From positions 3,836,510 through 3,900,509 of the forward strand of contig OZ244041.1 in the NCBI GenBank assembly GCA_965215305.1: a stretch of 64,000 bases of DNA. Reading direction: 5' to 3'. The stretch's first letter is position 1; every line of letters starts with the position of its first letter. Below the pieces are notes generated by a model. That model saw only the letters and a program-made list of their open reading frames with translations. It had not been told where the DNA came from and searched no databases. Both the position numbers and the translations under genes were made by a program. Positions 62,741 to 64,000 of this stretch are shown here, in pieces. Source of the DNA: Alphaproteobacteria bacterium (GTDB lineage Bacteria > Pseudomonadota > Alphaproteobacteria > Bin95).

Positions 62741-64000
62741 CTAATTGCTTTCATCGCCCCCGACAAGCGGTTCGCCAGCGGCCTCGTCGCCGGACCAGGG
62801 GTCCATTTCATAGGCCGCGGGTGTCGTGCGCGGCAGCACGACGAAGGTGCCCTTCTCCTCTTCCTCTGCATCGGCGCTCCGGGTCCGGCGATAGAGGGCG
62901 AACGCACCCAGTCCCGCTGCAATGCAGGCCACGCTGTCGAACAGCGCCGCTGGCCCGGCAAGGTCCATGGCCAGCGCGGCGAGCGGCGGGCCGACCACCG
63001 CGCCGCCGCCGAAGGCCATCAGCAGGCCGGCAGCCGCCGGCACGCTGTCTTCCGGCGGCAGGCGGTCATTGGTATGCGCGGCAGCAAGCGGATAGACGGC
63101 GAAGATCAGCCCCCCGAACACCGCGCCGAACACCATCAGTACTTCGAGCGAACCGTCGCCGATCAGCCGGAAGACCAGCGCCGCGAAGAGAGAGGCGAAG
63201 CAGACCCCCGCCATGACCAGCCGCCGCTCGATACGGTCCGAGAGTCGGCCCAGCGGGAAGGAAAGCGCGAAACCGCCGCCGATCAGGGCAAAGGCGAGCG
63301 CCGCCGCGCCCGATACGCCATGCCCCGAGGCGACGGCATAGACCGCGGCCAGCCCGTGCAGCGGCCCGATCATGGCGCCGGCAAGCACGGCGGCGGCGAT
63401 GCCCAGCGGCGAGATGCGAAACAGGTCACGGAAGCGCAGCCGCGACGGCTCCGCGACGCCCGGCTGCGCGCGGTTGGAGAGAGACATTGGCAGAAGCGAC
63501 AGGCTCAGCAATATGGAGGCGATGCTGAAGAGCGCGAACCCTTCCGTGTCCGCAACCGTCATCAGCAGCGGCCCGGTGCCGAGCGCCGCGTAGCAAGCCA
63601 TCATGTAGGCGGACAGCGCGGAGCCCCGGCGGGCATTGCCGGACACATGGTTCAGCCAGCTTTCCATCGCCAGCAACACGCCCGCCATCGCGAAGCCGTT
63701 GGCGAACCTGACTGCCGCCCAGACGAAAGGCCCGCCCACAAGCGCATAGATCAGCGCCGCCGCCGACAGAACGGTCGCAAAGCTGGCGAAGGCGCGGATA
63801 TGGCCGACGCGGTTTATGACCCGGCCGGACAAGCTCGACCCGCTGAGCTGGCCGGCGAAATAGGCTGCCGTGACCAGCCCCGCCACGGATGCTGCGAAGC
63901 CCGCGCTTTCCAGCCTCACGCCGATCAGCGCGGTGAGCAACCCGTTGCCCAATTGGATCAACGCCGCCGCCGCCAGAATCGGCAGAATGGGCCCCAGATA
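62741..64000 (-). CDS. MFS transporter, N-terminally truncated by the window edge
   Basis: More than 12 predicted TM helices. The reading frame stays open from 63961 to the window end (…YLGPILPILAAAALIQLGNG…). The ORF-track start at 63961 is a TTG, not a true N-terminus. Confidence 0.7.
   Translation of the reverse strand, partial: YLGPILPILAAAALIQLGNGLLTALIGVRLESAGFAASVAGLVTAAYFAGQLSGSSLSGRVINRVGHIRAFASFATVLSAAALIYALVGGPFVWAAVRFANGFAMAGVLLAMESWLNHVSGNARRGSALSAYMMACYAALGTGPLLMTVADTEGFALFSIASILLSLSLLPMSLSNRAQPGVAEPSRLRFRDLFRISPLGIAAAVLAGAMIGPLHGLAAVYAVASGHGVSGAAALAFALIGGGFALSFPLGRLSDRIERRLVMAGVCFASLFAALVFRLIGDGSLEVLMVFGAVFGGLIFAVYPLAAAHTNDRLPPEDSVPAAAGLLMAFGGGAVVGPPLAALAMDLAGPAALFDSVACIAAGLGAFALYRRTRSADAEEEEKGTFVVLPRTTPAAYEMDPWSGDEAAGEPLVGGDESN

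Overview
This window is a high-GC chromosomal segment with alphaproteobacterial (Rhizobiales-like) gene content and order. About 60 protein genes are called. I found no rRNA, tRNA, CRISPR array, transposase or integrase. All start coordinates were set by codon arithmetic from the ORF track and may be off by a few bases.

Core housekeeping blocks:
- rho at the left edge.
- ftsK-lolA.
- thrS-infC-rpmI-rplT-pheS-pheT.
- methylmalonyl-CoA mutase with its MeaB GTPase.
- the classical mdh-sucCD-sucAB-lpdA TCA cluster at the right edge.
- a histidine kinase / response regulator / DegP envelope module.

Between these blocks sit accessory-looking clusters with no dedicated transcriptional regulators:
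(a) an amidase plus 2OG-Fe(II) oxygenase pair.
(b) two vapBC-type toxin-antitoxin modules. They bracket a secreted SH3b/MORN-repeat protein and a tightly coupled four-gene operon (histidinol-dehydrogenase-like, two amidohydrolase-2 paralogs, a Rieske ferredoxin).
(c) a long minus-strand operon: PotD-type ABC importer, isochorismatase-family hydrolase, EamA transporter and VanX-like D-Ala-D-Ala dipeptidase.
(d) a minus-strand operon: family-3 binding protein, glutamine-synthetase-like ligase and a three-component Rieske oxygenase. This resembles gamma-glutamylation-dependent amine catabolism.
(e) a cluster with an Ldh2-family dehydrogenase, an SDR, a PhyH dioxygenase, two tandem class II aldolase paralogs and a beta-hydroxyacid dehydrogenase.

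Smaller oddities:
- a small membrane-anchored protein built from four perfect 11-residue repeats, encoded by a near-perfect 33-bp tandem DNA repeat.
- infC with an apparently non-AUG start.
- an AT-rich CATATG-motif island upstream of a secreted SNase-like nuclease.

Many long ORFs in the six-frame track are antisense artefacts of GC-rich coding sequence and were rejected.
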